Below are positions 9,458 through 18,809 of a stretch of DNA of 64,000 nucleotides, one piece after another. The stretch covers positions 16 through 64,015 of the forward strand of contig JANLRD010000086.1 in the NCBI GenBank assembly GCA_031368215.1. Reading direction: 5' to 3'. Under the pieces are notes generated by a model. It was not told where the DNA came from. It saw only the letters and a list, made by a program, of their open reading frames with translations, and did not search any database. The stretch is from Acidimicrobiia bacterium (GTDB taxonomy: Bacteria; Actinomycetota; Acidimicrobiia; Acidimicrobiales; JANYDT01). Each line of letters opens with the position of its first letter. Within the stretch, counting starts at the first letter, position 1. Position numbers and translations under genes: made by a program.

Positions 9458-10995
9458 GCACAGCGATCCTGGCGATCGACGTCGGTACGACGTCGGCCAA
9501 GGCCTCGGTGGTCGTGGACGGCCATGTGGGTGTCGTGTGCGAGTCGCCGATCGCGATGAGTCACCCGCAGCCGGGCTGGGTGGAGCAGGACGCCGAAGCC
9601 TGGTGGCTTGCCGCCGCCGACGCCGCGGTGCGCGCACTCGACGCCGCGGACGACGCGGTGCCCGCCACGCGCTCGGCAGTTGCGGCCATTGCCGTGACCG
9701 GACAGATGCAGGACCTTCTCTGCATCGGGAACGACGGCCCGCTCCGACCCGTGATCCTCTACGCGGATGGCCGAGCTGCCGTTCAGCATGAGGAGCTCCT
9801 CGGTCACCTCGGCCCGGCGTGGTCCGTTGCCGTCGGTGCGGAGCCCGATGCGACGAACGTCGGCGCGAAGTGGGCGTGGCTGCAGGCCAATGAGCCCGAG
9901 ATCGTGCAGCGGACCACTGCTGTCCTGCTCGGCGCAGCCGGGTATGTGGTGTGGCGCTTGGGCGGTGCTGCAACCTCGGATCCCACCACCGCCGCGACCA
10001 CGGGGCTCTACGACCTCCACCGGGGAGCCTGGTGGGCACCTGTCGTCGAGCATCTGAGCATTCCGGTGCCGGCGCTGTGCTCGCCAACGGGTGCTGCAGC
10101 GACGCTCGGCGCATCCGTCTGGGGGCTTCGACCCGGGTTGCCGGTGATCCACGGGTGCGGCGATGCCGTTTCGACCACGATCGGCATCGTGGGCGACGCT
10201 CCGGGTCGACCGTACGCGTACATAGGAACGTCGGGATGGGTGGCGACCGTTGTCGGTGACTGTGCGCCGCGCGAGGGCGTCATCCTTCTTCCCGCGCTCG
10301 GGCCGGAGTCCTTTGTCGCGATTGCGCCGATCCTCACCGCCGGCGCCGCGGTCGACTGGATGCGTGCAGTGCTCTTCGACGTCGCAGGGACGGGAATGTC
10401 CGGTGCCGTGGACGCCGACCCGGCACTCGACGCTGGCGATGCGTTCGATGCGTTCGGTGCGTTCGGTGCGTTCGACGCTCTCGCCGCTGAGGTGTGTGCC
10501 GCCGCCGAACAAGTCCTCTTCCTGCCCCACCTCGACGGTTCGCGTTCCCCGCACCCGAACCCGAACGCCACCGGCGTGCTGATCGGTGTCCGCCGTTCGA
10601 CGTCTCGGAGTGTGCTCGCCGCGGCCGCCTACGAAGGAGTCGCTCACGCGTTGCGGGCCATCGCGGTGTCGGTCGCGCCCGACGCGACAGAGCTCCTCCT
10701 GTGCGGTGGTGCCTCCCGATCGGCGGTGCTCGCGCAGGTTGTCGCCGACGTGTTCGACCGACCCGTGGTGGTGGCCGACGAAGCGCACGCATCGCTTCGT
10801 GGCGTCGCCAGCATGGCCCGCGTTGCGCTCGGCGAGGCTGCGTTCGTCCCCACGGCTGCCGGACGCCGCTACGTCCCGCGCCCGTCGTTTTCGGCCGCTC
10901 ATCGCCAGATCGCACCGATCGTTGATTCGCTGAACCAAGGCCTGACTCCTACACTTTTCGCCTTGGCTGGCCTCCGGCAGACGTCTGTGCGCTGA
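9454..10995 (+). CDS. FGGY-family carbohydrate kinase
   Basis: In-frame part of ORF 8716-10995. The GTG at 9454 overlaps the permease stop (GTGA). ILAIDVGTTSAKA, HPQPGWVEQD, FLPHLDGSRSP and LCGGASRS match xylulokinase/glycerol-kinase-like FGGY kinases. Substrate unknown. Confidence 0.88.
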   Translation: MSTAILAIDVGTTSAKASVVVDGHVGVVCESPIAMSHPQPGWVEQDAEAWWLAAADAAVRALDAADDAVPATRSAVAAIAVTGQMQDLLCIGNDGPLRPVILYADGRAAVQHEELLGHLGPAWSVAVGAEPDATNVGAKWAWLQANEPEIVQRTTAVLLGAAGYVVWRLGGAATSDPTTAATTGLYDLHRGAWWAPVVEHLSIPVPALCSPTGAAATLGASVWGLRPGLPVIHGCGDAVSTTIGIVGDAPGRPYAYIGTSGWVATVVGDCAPREGVILLPALGPESFVAIAPILTAGAAVDWMRAVLFDVAGTGMSGAVDADPALDAGDAFDAFGAFGAFDALAAEVCAAAEQVLFLPHLDGSRSPHPNPNATGVLIGVRRSTSRSVLAAAAYEGVAHALRAIAVSVAPDATELLLCGGASRSAVLAQVVADVFDRPVVVADEAHASLRGVASMARVALGEAAFVPTAAGRRYVPRPSFSAAHRQIAPIVDSLNQGLTPTLFALAGLRQTSVR

Positions 10996-11083
10996 CCATT
11001 ACGGGAACGTCGATGACGTCGACGCGCTTCTCCGACCAACGCAACACCACCACGACCTCAGAACGACACAGGAGACACCTTTT

Positions 11084-12157
11084 ATGACTGGTTCCAAGCG
11101 ACGGTTGGCTGCTGCCGGCCTGGCAGCGATGTTCGTCATCGCCGGCCTGAGCGCATGCGGCAGCGACAGCGCAGACACGACAGCAGCGCCGGCCGAGACC
11201 GAGGCCGCAGCGGCAGAGACCACCGCGGCACCGGCCGCGGAGACCACTGCGGCACCGGCCGCCGCGACTGAAGCGATGGCCGCCGAGACCACAGCCGCGG
11301 CAGCAGTAGCCGCAGGCGGGGGCAAGAAACTTGCCATCGTTTCGCCCTACTACTCCAACCAGCCGGCCACGAAGGAAGTCGTCGACGCGTTCAAGTCGGC
11401 GGCCGAGGCCAAGGGCTACACCGTCACCCTGGTCGACACCAAGGGTGACCTGCCGACGGTCAACAACGAGATGCAGAACGCGGTGTCGCAGAAGGCCGAT
11501 GCCATCGTGCTCGGCATGGGCGATCCGAAGGAGTTCTCGGCCGGCCTGAAAGCGGCCAAGGAGGCTGGCATTCCGGTGTTCGGACTCGATGCCGGCGCAG
11601 CTGACGGCGTGACTGCCAACATCACGTCGGACAACGACTTCCTCGGCACGACCAGCGCCCAGGCGATGCTCGACGCGATCGGTGGGAAGGGTTCGGTCAT
11701 CATGATCCACTTCGATCCGTTCGAGCCGGTCCGCCTGCGCGACGCTGCCGCGAAGAAGCTCTTCGAGGAGAAGGGCATCAAGATCATCGAATACGTGCAG
11801 GGTGACCCGGCCGACTCGACCGGCTTCGCCAAGACGACGGTGAAGGACTTCCTGTCCAAGTACCCGAAGGGTCAGGTATCGGGCGTGTGGGCCGGCTGGG
11901 ACGCCTCCGCACTCGGGGCCTACCAGGCCACCCAGGAGACCGGTCGGACCGAGGTCATCGTGACCGGCGTCGATGGGCAGGACTTCGCCCGCGCCGAGGT
12001 CAAGAAGGGCGGCAACTGGGTCGCCACCGTCCGCCAGGACTGGGGCGCCATCGCTGCGAAGGGTCTTGAAGTCATCGAGGCGAACTTCGGCGGCACCGCC
12101 CCCGCATCGCCGACAATCGTCGTCCCGGGCGAGCTCATCACCAAGACCAACGCCTGA
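11084..12157 (+). CDS. Sugar ABC transporter substrate-binding lipoprotein (RbsB-like)
   Basis: RBS AGGAGA lies 8 nt upstream. Lipobox LSACGSD, an Ala/Glu/Thr linker that includes a 24-nt x2 tandem repeat (11216-11263), then a type I periplasmic-binding fold. Confidence 0.9.
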   Translation: MTGSKRRLAAAGLAAMFVIAGLSACGSDSADTTAAPAETEAAAAETTAAPAAETTAAPAAATEAMAAETTAAAAVAAGGGKKLAIVSPYYSNQPATKEVVDAFKSAAEAKGYTVTLVDTKGDLPTVNNEMQNAVSQKADAIVLGMGDPKEFSAGLKAAKEAGIPVFGLDAGAADGVTANITSDNDFLGTTSAQAMLDAIGGKGSVIMIHFDPFEPVRLRDAAAKKLFEEKGIKIIEYVQGDPADSTGFAKTTVKDFLSKYPKGQVSGVWAGWDASALGAYQATQETGRTEVIVTGVDGQDFARAEVKKGGNWVATVRQDWGAIAAKGLEVIEANFGGTAPASPTIVVPGELITKTNA

Positions 12158-12200
12158 TCCGAAACACGTCGAGCCGTTGACCGGCTCGAGCGCTGTTCGC

Positions 12201-12243
12201 GCCGCCTCCCGTCCAACCCATCCCGGGTTCTGCGGGAGGCGGC
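12201..12243 (+). terminator. Stem-loop downstream of the sugar ABC operon
   Basis: GCCGCCTCCCG (12201-12211) pairs perfectly with CGGGAGGCGGC (12233-12243) and is followed by TTCG. A second 8-bp hairpin lies at about 12168-12188. No U-tract, as is usual in GC-rich genomes. Confidence 0.45.
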
Positions 12244-12330
12244 TTCGCGTCGTCGCGAGGTCGATCGCCGGGACGCGCGTGACTCGGGGCCTGGTCCCGT
12301 CGTCGGTGCGTCCGGAACTATCGTGCCCAC

Positions 12331-13719
12331 ATGACGAATGACGGACGTCTCGACGTTGCCGAGTCCATCCTCGATGTGGTCGGGAACACGCCGATCGTGA
12401 AGGTCAAGCGACTCGCGGCAGCGCACGGAGTCCGGGCAACCATCGCCATCAAGATGGAGCCGCTCAACCCTGGAGGATCGGCCAAGGACCGCGTGGCGAT
12501 CGCCATGATCGACGCTGCCGAACGCGATGGCCTGATCAAGCCGGGTGGCACGATCGTGGAGCCGACATCGGGCAACACCGGCGTCGGCCTCGCCATCGTC
12601 GCCGCGCAGCGGGGTTACAAGTGCGTCTTCGTGGTGACGGACAAGGTGTCACCGATCAAGGTCGATCTTCTGCGCGCATACGGAGCGGAGGTCGTCGTCT
12701 GCCCCGTCTCGGTGCCGCCCGAGGACGACAACAGCTACTACTCCACCGCTGAGAGGCTTTCTCGCGAGATTCCAGGTGCGTACCGCCCGAACCAATACGC
12801 CAACCCGAACAACCCGCTAGCCCATGAGCACTCCACGGGTCCCGAGATCTGGCGGCAGACCGCGGGAACGGTCACCCACTTCGTGGCGGGCATGGGCACC
12901 GGTGGCACGATCACCGGCACGGGGCGCTACCTGAAGCAGAAGAACCCCGACGTGGTTATCGTCGGGGCGGACTCGGAGAGCTCGGTCTACACCGGTGGCT
13001 CCGGTCGCCCGTATCTCGTCGAGGGCATCGGCGAGGACTTCTTCCCCGACACCATCGACCTGTCCGTCGTCGACCACGCCTACCCGATCTCCGACGAGGA
13101 CAGCTTCCTCATGGCACGCGAGCTCGCTCGCGTCGAGGGCATTCTCGTAGGTGGTTCGGGCGGAAGCGCCGTCGCGGCCGCGCTGCACCACGCGAAGATC
13201 GCAGATCTCGGGCCCGAGCACCTGATCGTTGTGCTCGTGCCGGATTCGGGTCGCGGTTACCTGGCGAAGGAGTTCAACGACACGTGGATGGAATCGTTCG
13301 GCTTCCTCCGCCGTGACGGCATCACCGTGGAGACGGTGCTGACCGCTCGACGGTCGTCCACTCCGAGCCTGCTGTATGTGAATCCCGAACAGCCGGTGAA
13401 GGACGCGATCGACCTGATGCGCACACACGAGATCAGCCAGCTCCCGGTCATCAAGAACGAGCCGCCGTTCGCCAATGCCGAGGTGGCGGGCTCAGTGGAC
13501 GAGGTCCGGTTGATGCATCTTGCGCTGGCAGACCCGTCGTCGCTCGACAAGCCGGTCGGGCTCGTCATGGGTCCCAAGCTCGCCACCGTTGGCATCGGCC
13601 AGTCCCTCGAACACGCCGTTGCCCAACTCGGCGAGGCGAGCGCCCTCCTCGTCCTCAAAGGCGGCCGCCCTCACACCGTCCTGGCCAGAGCCGACGTCCT
13701 CCGCTACCTCCGCGGCTGA
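12331..13719 (+). CDS. cbs: Cystathionine beta-synthase (PLP domain plus CBS pair)
   Basis: 462 aa. NPGGSAKDR (PLP lysine), TSGNTGVGLA and GTGGTITG motifs, followed by two C-terminal CBS domains. Confidence 0.9.
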   Translation: MTNDGRLDVAESILDVVGNTPIVKVKRLAAAHGVRATIAIKMEPLNPGGSAKDRVAIAMIDAAERDGLIKPGGTIVEPTSGNTGVGLAIVAAQRGYKCVFVVTDKVSPIKVDLLRAYGAEVVVCPVSVPPEDDNSYYSTAERLSREIPGAYRPNQYANPNNPLAHEHSTGPEIWRQTAGTVTHFVAGMGTGGTITGTGRYLKQKNPDVVIVGADSESSVYTGGSGRPYLVEGIGEDFFPDTIDLSVVDHAYPISDEDSFLMARELARVEGILVGGSGGSAVAAALHHAKIADLGPEHLIVVLVPDSGRGYLAKEFNDTWMESFGFLRRDGITVETVLTARRSSTPSLLYVNPEQPVKDAIDLMRTHEISQLPVIKNEPPFANAEVAGSVDEVRLMHLALADPSSLDKPVGLVMGPKLATVGIGQSLEHAVAQLGEASALLVLKGGRPHTVLARADVLRYLRG

Positions 13720-13813
13720 CGCGCGCGTGGGGAGTGAGGTTGCCCCTCGGTTTGTCCGGTGCTGCGCCGCTCGCTTCACTCGACTGCTCGCAACACGAGT
13801 GACGCGGAAGTGG

Positions 13814-13880
13814 GGAGAGAGGTTGCCCCCATATATGGGGGCAGAACGCCTCCCAACGTCGTTGGGAGGCGTTCTGCCGC
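13814..13880 (+). repeat. 67-nt double-hairpin intergenic element, copy A
   Basis: GGAGAGAGGTTGCCCCCATATATGGGGGCAGAACGCCTCCCAACGTCGTTGGGAGGCGTTCTGCCGC. Hairpin 1 is TTGCCCCCA/TGGGGGCA(G). Hairpin 2 is a perfect 15-bp stem. It is 61/67 identical to copy B (61078-61144). A partial duplicate of the left end (GGGGAGTGAGGTTGCCCC) lies at about 13729-13746. Confidence 0.85.
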
Positions 13881-13938
13881 GCGGCCGACGGTCGGGCGAA
13901 CGGTCGACGGAGGCCGGTCCGTGGACGAGACTGCTGGC

Positions 13939-15111
13939 ATGGGAGAGATCGAGGAACAGCTCGGCTGGGGCTTTGAGACCCGGGCCATCCACACCGGTCA
14001 GGAGGCCGATCCCCGCACCGGTGCCGTGGTGCCGCCGATCAGCCTCGCCACCACATTCGCCCAGGACGGCGTCGGCGGCCTCCGCTCGGGTTCCTACGAA
14101 TACTCACGGTCGGGCAATCCGATGCGAACTGCGGTCGAGACCTGTCTGGCCTCTCTCGAGGGAGCCGACCACGGGTTCTCCTTCGCCAGCGGTCTTGCTG
14201 CCGAGGACGTCCTCCTGCGGTCGATGCTCGTCCCCGGCGACGGCGTGATCCTCGGCAACGACGCGTATGGCGGGACCTTCCGTCTCATCGACAAGATCTT
14301 TAAGCCGGCAGGGCATCCGTGGTGGGCGTTCGACCTCACCGACACGGAGCGCCTCGCCGCCGAGTTCCCGCCGAGGGCAACGGTCGTGTGGCTCGAGACA
14401 CCGACCAACCCCCTGCTCACCTGCTTCGACATCGCTGCCGTTGCTGCGGTTGCCCATGCGAATGGAGCGCGCGTCGTCGTCGACAACACCTTCGCCACCC
14501 CGTATCTGCAGAACCCGCTCGCCCACGGTGCCGACGTCGTCGTGCACTCCGCGACCAAGTACCTCGGCGGTCACAGCGACGTGGTCGGCGGTTTCGTTGC
14601 CACGAGCGATGAAGCCCTCGCTACCCGTCTGCGCTTCCTTCAGAACGCCACCGGAGCGGTGCCGTCACCGTTTGATCTCTACCTGCTCCTGCGCGGTGTG
14701 AAAACGCTAGGTGTACGTATGGATCGTCATTGCTCGAACGCAAGAGCGGTCGTCGATCTCCTCGTCGGCCACGATCTCGTCGAGCGGGTGCTCTACCCAC
14801 AGCTTCCCGACCATCCCGGTCATCAGGCGGCCGAGCGACAGATGAGCGGCTTCGGCGGCATGGTGAGCTTCGTCGTCGAGAGCGAAGAGCTCGCGCTTCG
14901 TATTGTGGAGCGGACGAAGGTGTTCACGCTCGCCGAATCACTCGGTGCGGTGGAGTCGCTGATCGAACACCCGGGACGCATGACGCATGCGAGTGCAGCC
15001 GGGTCGGAGCTCCAGGTCCCTGCCGGCTTGGTGCGCTTGTCCGTCGGTATCGAGTCCGCCGACGACCTGCTCGCCGACCTCGCGCACGCGCTCGACTCCG
15101 TCACGCGCTGA
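13939..15111 (+). CDS. metB: Cystathionine gamma-synthase/gamma-lyase (PLP-dependent, MetB/MetC family)
   Basis: ORF 13759-15111 trimmed to ATG 13939, because the upstream part is the repeat element. FETRAIHTG, YSRSGNP and HSATKYLGGHSD (PLP lysine) motifs are present. Confidence 0.9.
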   Translation: MGEIEEQLGWGFETRAIHTGQEADPRTGAVVPPISLATTFAQDGVGGLRSGSYEYSRSGNPMRTAVETCLASLEGADHGFSFASGLAAEDVLLRSMLVPGDGVILGNDAYGGTFRLIDKIFKPAGHPWWAFDLTDTERLAAEFPPRATVVWLETPTNPLLTCFDIAAVAAVAHANGARVVVDNTFATPYLQNPLAHGADVVVHSATKYLGGHSDVVGGFVATSDEALATRLRFLQNATGAVPSPFDLYLLLRGVKTLGVRMDRHCSNARAVVDLLVGHDLVERVLYPQLPDHPGHQAAERQMSGFGGMVSFVVESEELALRIVERTKVFTLAESLGAVESLIEHPGRMTHASAAGSELQVPAGLVRLSVGIESADDLLADLAHALDSVTR

Positions 15112-15159
15112 AGGTCCCCAGGATGTCGCTGCGGCGGGCGCCGCGCGCCGCTGCAACCG

Positions 15160-16119
15160 TCAGCCTAGAAACTTGGCGATTTCGAGGTAGAGCGGGATCC
15201 CGATGACGAGGTTGAACGGGAACGTGATGGCCAGTGCCGCCGTGAGGGGAACGGCGATGTCCACGTCGGGGAGGGCAACGCGCACGGCCGCCGGAGCGGC
15301 GATGTAGGAAGCACTTGCCGTCATTGCACCGAACACGGCGGCGCCACCGACGCTGAGCCCGGCCAGGGTTCCCACGGCGACGCCGAGCGGGCCGAACACG
15401 AGTGGGGCGGCAAGGGCAAACGTGATCACGGCCGGCCCGCTGCGCCGGAGTTCGCCAAGGCCATCACCGGCTCGCGCTCCGAGGTCGAGGAGGAAGAGCA
15501 CCAGGATTCCCTGGAACGGCGTGACGAAGAACGGAGCGATGCGTTCGGCACCGTCGGCCCCGGAGAGCGCTCCGATGACGAGCCCACCGCCGAGCAGCAG
15601 GATGCTCCGACCGGTGAGCACTTCGTGCAGGGCCGGCCCGAACTTCATATTCGCGCTACACCGTGCCGCGAGAAGGAGCGCCACGATGATCCCGGGGATC
15701 TCCAGGATTGCGAGGAGTGACGGCAGGAAGCCTTCAACCTTGTACGCGCCCCGCTCCATGAAGGTCATCGCCGCAGTGAAGGTGACGGCCGAGACGGAGC
15801 CGTAGAACGCCGCCATCGCCGCGGCCGCAGTTATCGGCATCCGGGCGATGCGTTGCAGAACGAAGAAGGTGACGGCCGGAATCAGGCAGCCGATGGCGAT
15901 GGTGGCAATCGCCGGCAGAGCGAGGTCTCGGGCGTCGGCTTTGGCCAGCGCCGCGCCACCCTTCAGCCCGATGGCAAGGAGGAGGTACGTGCTGAGCAGC
16001 GTCGGAAGTGGACTGGGGAGCTTGAGGTCGCTCTTGACCCGGGTGCCGAACATCCCGAGCCCGAAGCTGAGGACCGGGGGTGAGAGCAGGTTGGACCTGG
16101 CCAGGGTGAGGACGGACAC
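15160..16119 (-). CDS. sbtA: Sodium-dependent bicarbonate transporter family permease (SbtA-like)
   Basis: Polytopic protein with LLSPPVLSFGLGM..., AIGLKGG and two inverted halves typical of the Sbt_1/DUF897 family. GTG 16119 was preferred; the longest ORF uses TTG 16149. No adjacent PII-like sbtB is visible. Confidence 0.75.
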   Translation of the reverse strand: MSVLTLARSNLLSPPVLSFGLGMFGTRVKSDLKLPSPLPTLLSTYLLLAIGLKGGAALAKADARDLALPAIATIAIGCLIPAVTFFVLQRIARMPITAAAAMAAFYGSVSAVTFTAAMTFMERGAYKVEGFLPSLLAILEIPGIIVALLLAARCSANMKFGPALHEVLTGRSILLLGGGLVIGALSGADGAERIAPFFVTPFQGILVLFLLDLGARAGDGLGELRRSGPAVITFALAAPLVFGPLGVAVGTLAGLSVGGAAVFGAMTASASYIAAPAAVRVALPDVDIAVPLTAALAITFPFNLVIGIPLYLEIAKFLG

Positions 16120-16227
16120 CCCTCGATGATAGAAGGAAAATTCTGGCAATAATCATCCGGAATCCAAATTCTTGTGTCGCTCGGCGGTCCTCCGCCCGCG
16201 AGTTGAGCGGCTGGGGCCCCCTTCCCA

Positions 16228-16395
16228 CGCGCTATCGTCAGCGGCGTTCTGGTGAACGGGAAGTCGGTGAAAGTCCGACACGGTGCCGCCACTGTGAGCA
16301 GGGAGCACGTTCTCGAAGTGCCACTGGCCATCTGGCTGGGAAGGCGGGAACACGCGTTGATCTGCGAGTCAGGAGACCGACTGGAACGCACATAT
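16228..16395 (+). promoter_or_regulatory. Cobalamin (B12) riboswitch
   Basis: GGTGAACGGGAAGTCGGTGAAAGTCCGACACGGTGCCGCCACTGTGA, GCCACTGG...GGGAAGGC and the B12 box GAGTCAGGAGACCGAC (16366-16381) lie directly upstream of a corrinoid/iron-type ABC uptake operon. Confidence 0.9.
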
Positions 16396-16438
16396 CCACG
16401 AAATGATCCCCACGTCGCATGGGGAAGGAGCCAAAGAA

Positions 16439-17815
16439 ATGCCTGTTCTCAACCGCCGCCTCGGCGCGGCTGTAGTCGCCTCCCTGCTTGGCGCAGGAAT
16501 GATGCTCACCCCGGCGGCGTCCGCCGCCACAGCAACACTCGGGTCCACCTGCAAGACCGTCGGGGCATCGGCAACGGCGAAGTCCGGCGGGGCGCTTTCC
16601 TGCACCAAGACCTCGTCCGGCAAAAGCCGGTGGACCGCCGCCGTGTTGCCGCCCGTCGCTGCGCCCGCAACCCCGGCCGTCTCCGCTCCCTCGAAGAACC
16701 TGACCGACGGCTGTGCCGCTGCGGGATCCGATGGTCTTGACCTGTTTCCCGACAAGGCCACGATCAGCGACGCCAAGGGGCTCGTGATCACCTATGCGAA
16801 GTCGTACAAGGTCGTGAAGGTGACCAACCCGTGGCGAGGAGCGAAGAGCGGCTTCACCTACGTGCTGAACCAATGCGGAACGAAGGCCCCGGCCCTGACG
16901 GGCGACCTTGCCGGCGCCACCGTCATCGAGATCCCGGTCAAGTCGGCCTCGATCATGTCCACCAACCTCGCGCCGCAGTTCGACGCGCTCGGCCAGGCCG
17001 ACAAGATCGTCGCCGTCGACACGCCGTCGTTCTACTCAACCGCTTCCGTCGTGAAGCGAATTGTGAGCGGAGCCGTGAAGGGCACCGGCGGTGGCGCGAA
17101 AGCGAACGTGGAACTGCTGGTGTCGCTGAAGCCCGACGTGGTCATCACCTACGGAACCGGTTCCGGTTCTTTCGACGGCATCGACAAACTCCTCACCGCG
17201 AAGCTGCCGACGCTCGTGGAGGCCGGCTACATGGAGGAGACACCTCTCGGTCGGGCCGAGTGGGTCAAGCTCATCGGTGCACTTACCAATACCGAAAGTC
17301 GCGCCGAGGCTGAGTATGCGCGATGGAAAGCCGACTACCGTGCCCTCGCGGCCAAGGTGGCGAACGTCAACCAGCGTCCCGTGGTCATCAGCGGTTCGAT
17401 GTTCCAGGGAACCTGGTACATGCCCGGCGGCCGGAGCTTCGCGGCGCAGTACATCCGCGACGCCGGGGGATCGTATCCGTGGTCGAGTGACACTTCGACG
17501 GGTTCGCTCTCGCTCGATTTCGAAGCAGTCCTCGACAAGGGCTACGACGCCACGGTCTGGGTCAACGCCGGTTTCCAGTGGAGCACCCTTGGCGATGCGA
17601 CGGCGGAGGACAGTCGCTATGCGCGCCTACCATCGTTCCGTGCTGGGAACGTGTTCGGGAACGATAAGCGGGTCAACGCCACCGGGGGTTCGGACTACTT
17701 CGAGACTGCGGTCGTCCGTCCTGACCTCGTGCTCGCCGACATGATCTCGGTCGTCCACCCCGAGATAGACCTCGGTCGCGGTTCGACGACCTGGTTCCGC
17801 AGGATCTCGAAGTAG
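16439..17815 (+). CDS. Secreted ABC transporter substrate-binding protein (Peripla_BP_2, iron-siderophore/cobalamin type)
   Basis: RBS GGAAGGAG then ATG 16439. Signal peptide MPVLNRRLGAAVVASLLGAGMMLTPAASA, an extra Cys-containing N-terminal segment, then a class III binding-protein fold. At 458 aa it is longer than usual for the family. Confidence 0.85.
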   Translation: MPVLNRRLGAAVVASLLGAGMMLTPAASAATATLGSTCKTVGASATAKSGGALSCTKTSSGKSRWTAAVLPPVAAPATPAVSAPSKNLTDGCAAAGSDGLDLFPDKATISDAKGLVITYAKSYKVVKVTNPWRGAKSGFTYVLNQCGTKAPALTGDLAGATVIEIPVKSASIMSTNLAPQFDALGQADKIVAVDTPSFYSTASVVKRIVSGAVKGTGGGAKANVELLVSLKPDVVITYGTGSGSFDGIDKLLTAKLPTLVEAGYMEETPLGRAEWVKLIGALTNTESRAEAEYARWKADYRALAAKVANVNQRPVVISGSMFQGTWYMPGGRSFAAQYIRDAGGSYPWSSDTSTGSLSLDFEAVLDKGYDATVWVNAGFQWSTLGDATAEDSRYARLPSFRAGNVFGNDKRVNATGGSDYFETAVVRPDLVLADMISVVHPEIDLGRGSTTWFRRISK

Positions 17816-17828
17816 CGGGGTCGCGATC

Positions 17829-18797
17829 ATGACCCTGCGCATCGCCAGCCTCATTCCTTCGGGAACCGATCTTTCGGCGGCGCTCGGGTTCGCCGATTGT
17901 CTCGTCGGGGTGTCGCATGAGTGCGATCACCCCGACGCGGACGATCTCCCGGTGCTGACCTCGAGCAGCATCCCGCCGCCCACGGTCGACGGACCGTCGA
18001 TTGAACCGGCTGAAATCGACCGCCTCGTGAGCGCATCGGTGCAGGCGGGTGAAAGCCTCTACATCACCGATCGCCCGCTCCTGCAGTCGCTCACACCGAC
18101 GATCGTCGTGAGTCAGGACGTGTGTGATGTGTGCGCCGTGAACGCCGAATCGGCTGCTTGCGACATTCCGGTCGGTGCCGATCTCGTTCTGCTCACCGCC
18201 ACGTCGCTCGAAGGTCTCAAGCTCGACATCCTTACGCTCGCCGGCGCGCTCGGAGCACCCGAGCGCGGTGACGCGCTCGTGCTCGACGTGGAAGCCGGAC
18301 TCGCTCGCTCTGCCGCACAGGCAACGTCGGCGGAGGGTGTTCGCCCGACGGTGGTCGCTCTCGAATGGAGTGATCCGCCTTTCCTCGGTGGACACTGGGT
18401 CCCCGAACTGATCGAGCATGTAGGAGCGTCCCACCTGCTGTCGGGTCCTGGAGAAGCGTCGCGGCGTTCCACGTGGGATGAGATCGCCTCGGCCGATCCG
18501 GATGTGATCATCTTCTGCCCCTGCGGGTACAACCTCCACCAGTCGAGCCTCGAGGCGAGCGCGCTGGTGGCCCGGCCGGAGGTGGCGTCGCTGCGTGCGG
18601 TTCGCGAAGGGCGCTTCTTCGCCGTCGACGCCAACCGCCTGCTGTCGCGCTGCACGACTGCGGTGGTTGAGGCTGCCGAAGTGATCGCTTCGCTGGCCCG
18701 TCGTGAGGAGCACGAGCGCGACCGGGTCATACCAGCCGGAGCGGCTCGGGTACCTACCGTGGTCGCTGCGCTCGCGTCCTCTTCCGCGAAGGGCTAG
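17829..18797 (+). CDS. BtuF-like cobalamin-binding-fold protein without signal peptide
   Basis: Starts directly with the first strand of the fold (MTLRIASLIPSGTDLSAALGFADCLVGVSHECDHP). Only 13 nt separate it from the previous stop, so no export signal can be added. Confidence 0.8.
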   Translation: MTLRIASLIPSGTDLSAALGFADCLVGVSHECDHPDADDLPVLTSSSIPPPTVDGPSIEPAEIDRLVSASVQAGESLYITDRPLLQSLTPTIVVSQDVCDVCAVNAESAACDIPVGADLVLLTATSLEGLKLDILTLAGALGAPERGDALVLDVEAGLARSAAQATSAEGVRPTVVALEWSDPPFLGGHWVPELIEHVGASHLLSGPGEASRRSTWDEIASADPDVIIFCPCGYNLHQSSLEASALVARPEVASLRAVREGRFFAVDANRLLSRCTTAVVEAAEVIASLARREEHERDRVIPAGAARVPTVVAALASSSAKG

Positions 18798-18809
18798 GTC
18801 ACAACGCCC

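Noticed and set aside
8705-10938. Very long minus-strand ORFs (8705-10114, 469 aa; 9373-10938, 521 aa) opposite the permease and kinase genes.
   Set aside because: They are Arg/Pro/Gly-rich low-complexity translations antisense to genes with clear family motifs, the typical artefact of GC-rich DNA. The same applies to 47898-49379, 42887-43852, 10949-11710, 37499-38695 and similar entries.
13720-13938. Structured cbs-metB spacer as a methionine/SAM-type riboswitch, and the N-terminal extension of the metB ORF (from 13759) containing APIYGG.
   Set aside because: The same 67-nt element occurs next to tdk and ileS, which have no link to methionine. I see no SAM-riboswitch core features. The recurring APIYGG/PPYMGA peptides arise from translating the palindromic repeat in several frames and strands. 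The MetB homology starts at ATG 13939.
15160-16149. Missing PII-like SbtB partner next to the SbtA-like permease, as evidence of a novel arrangement.
   Set aside because: Absence from the immediate neighbourhood is weak evidence, and many non-cyanobacterial SbtA-family genes stand alone. Nothing in the sequence itself is unusual.
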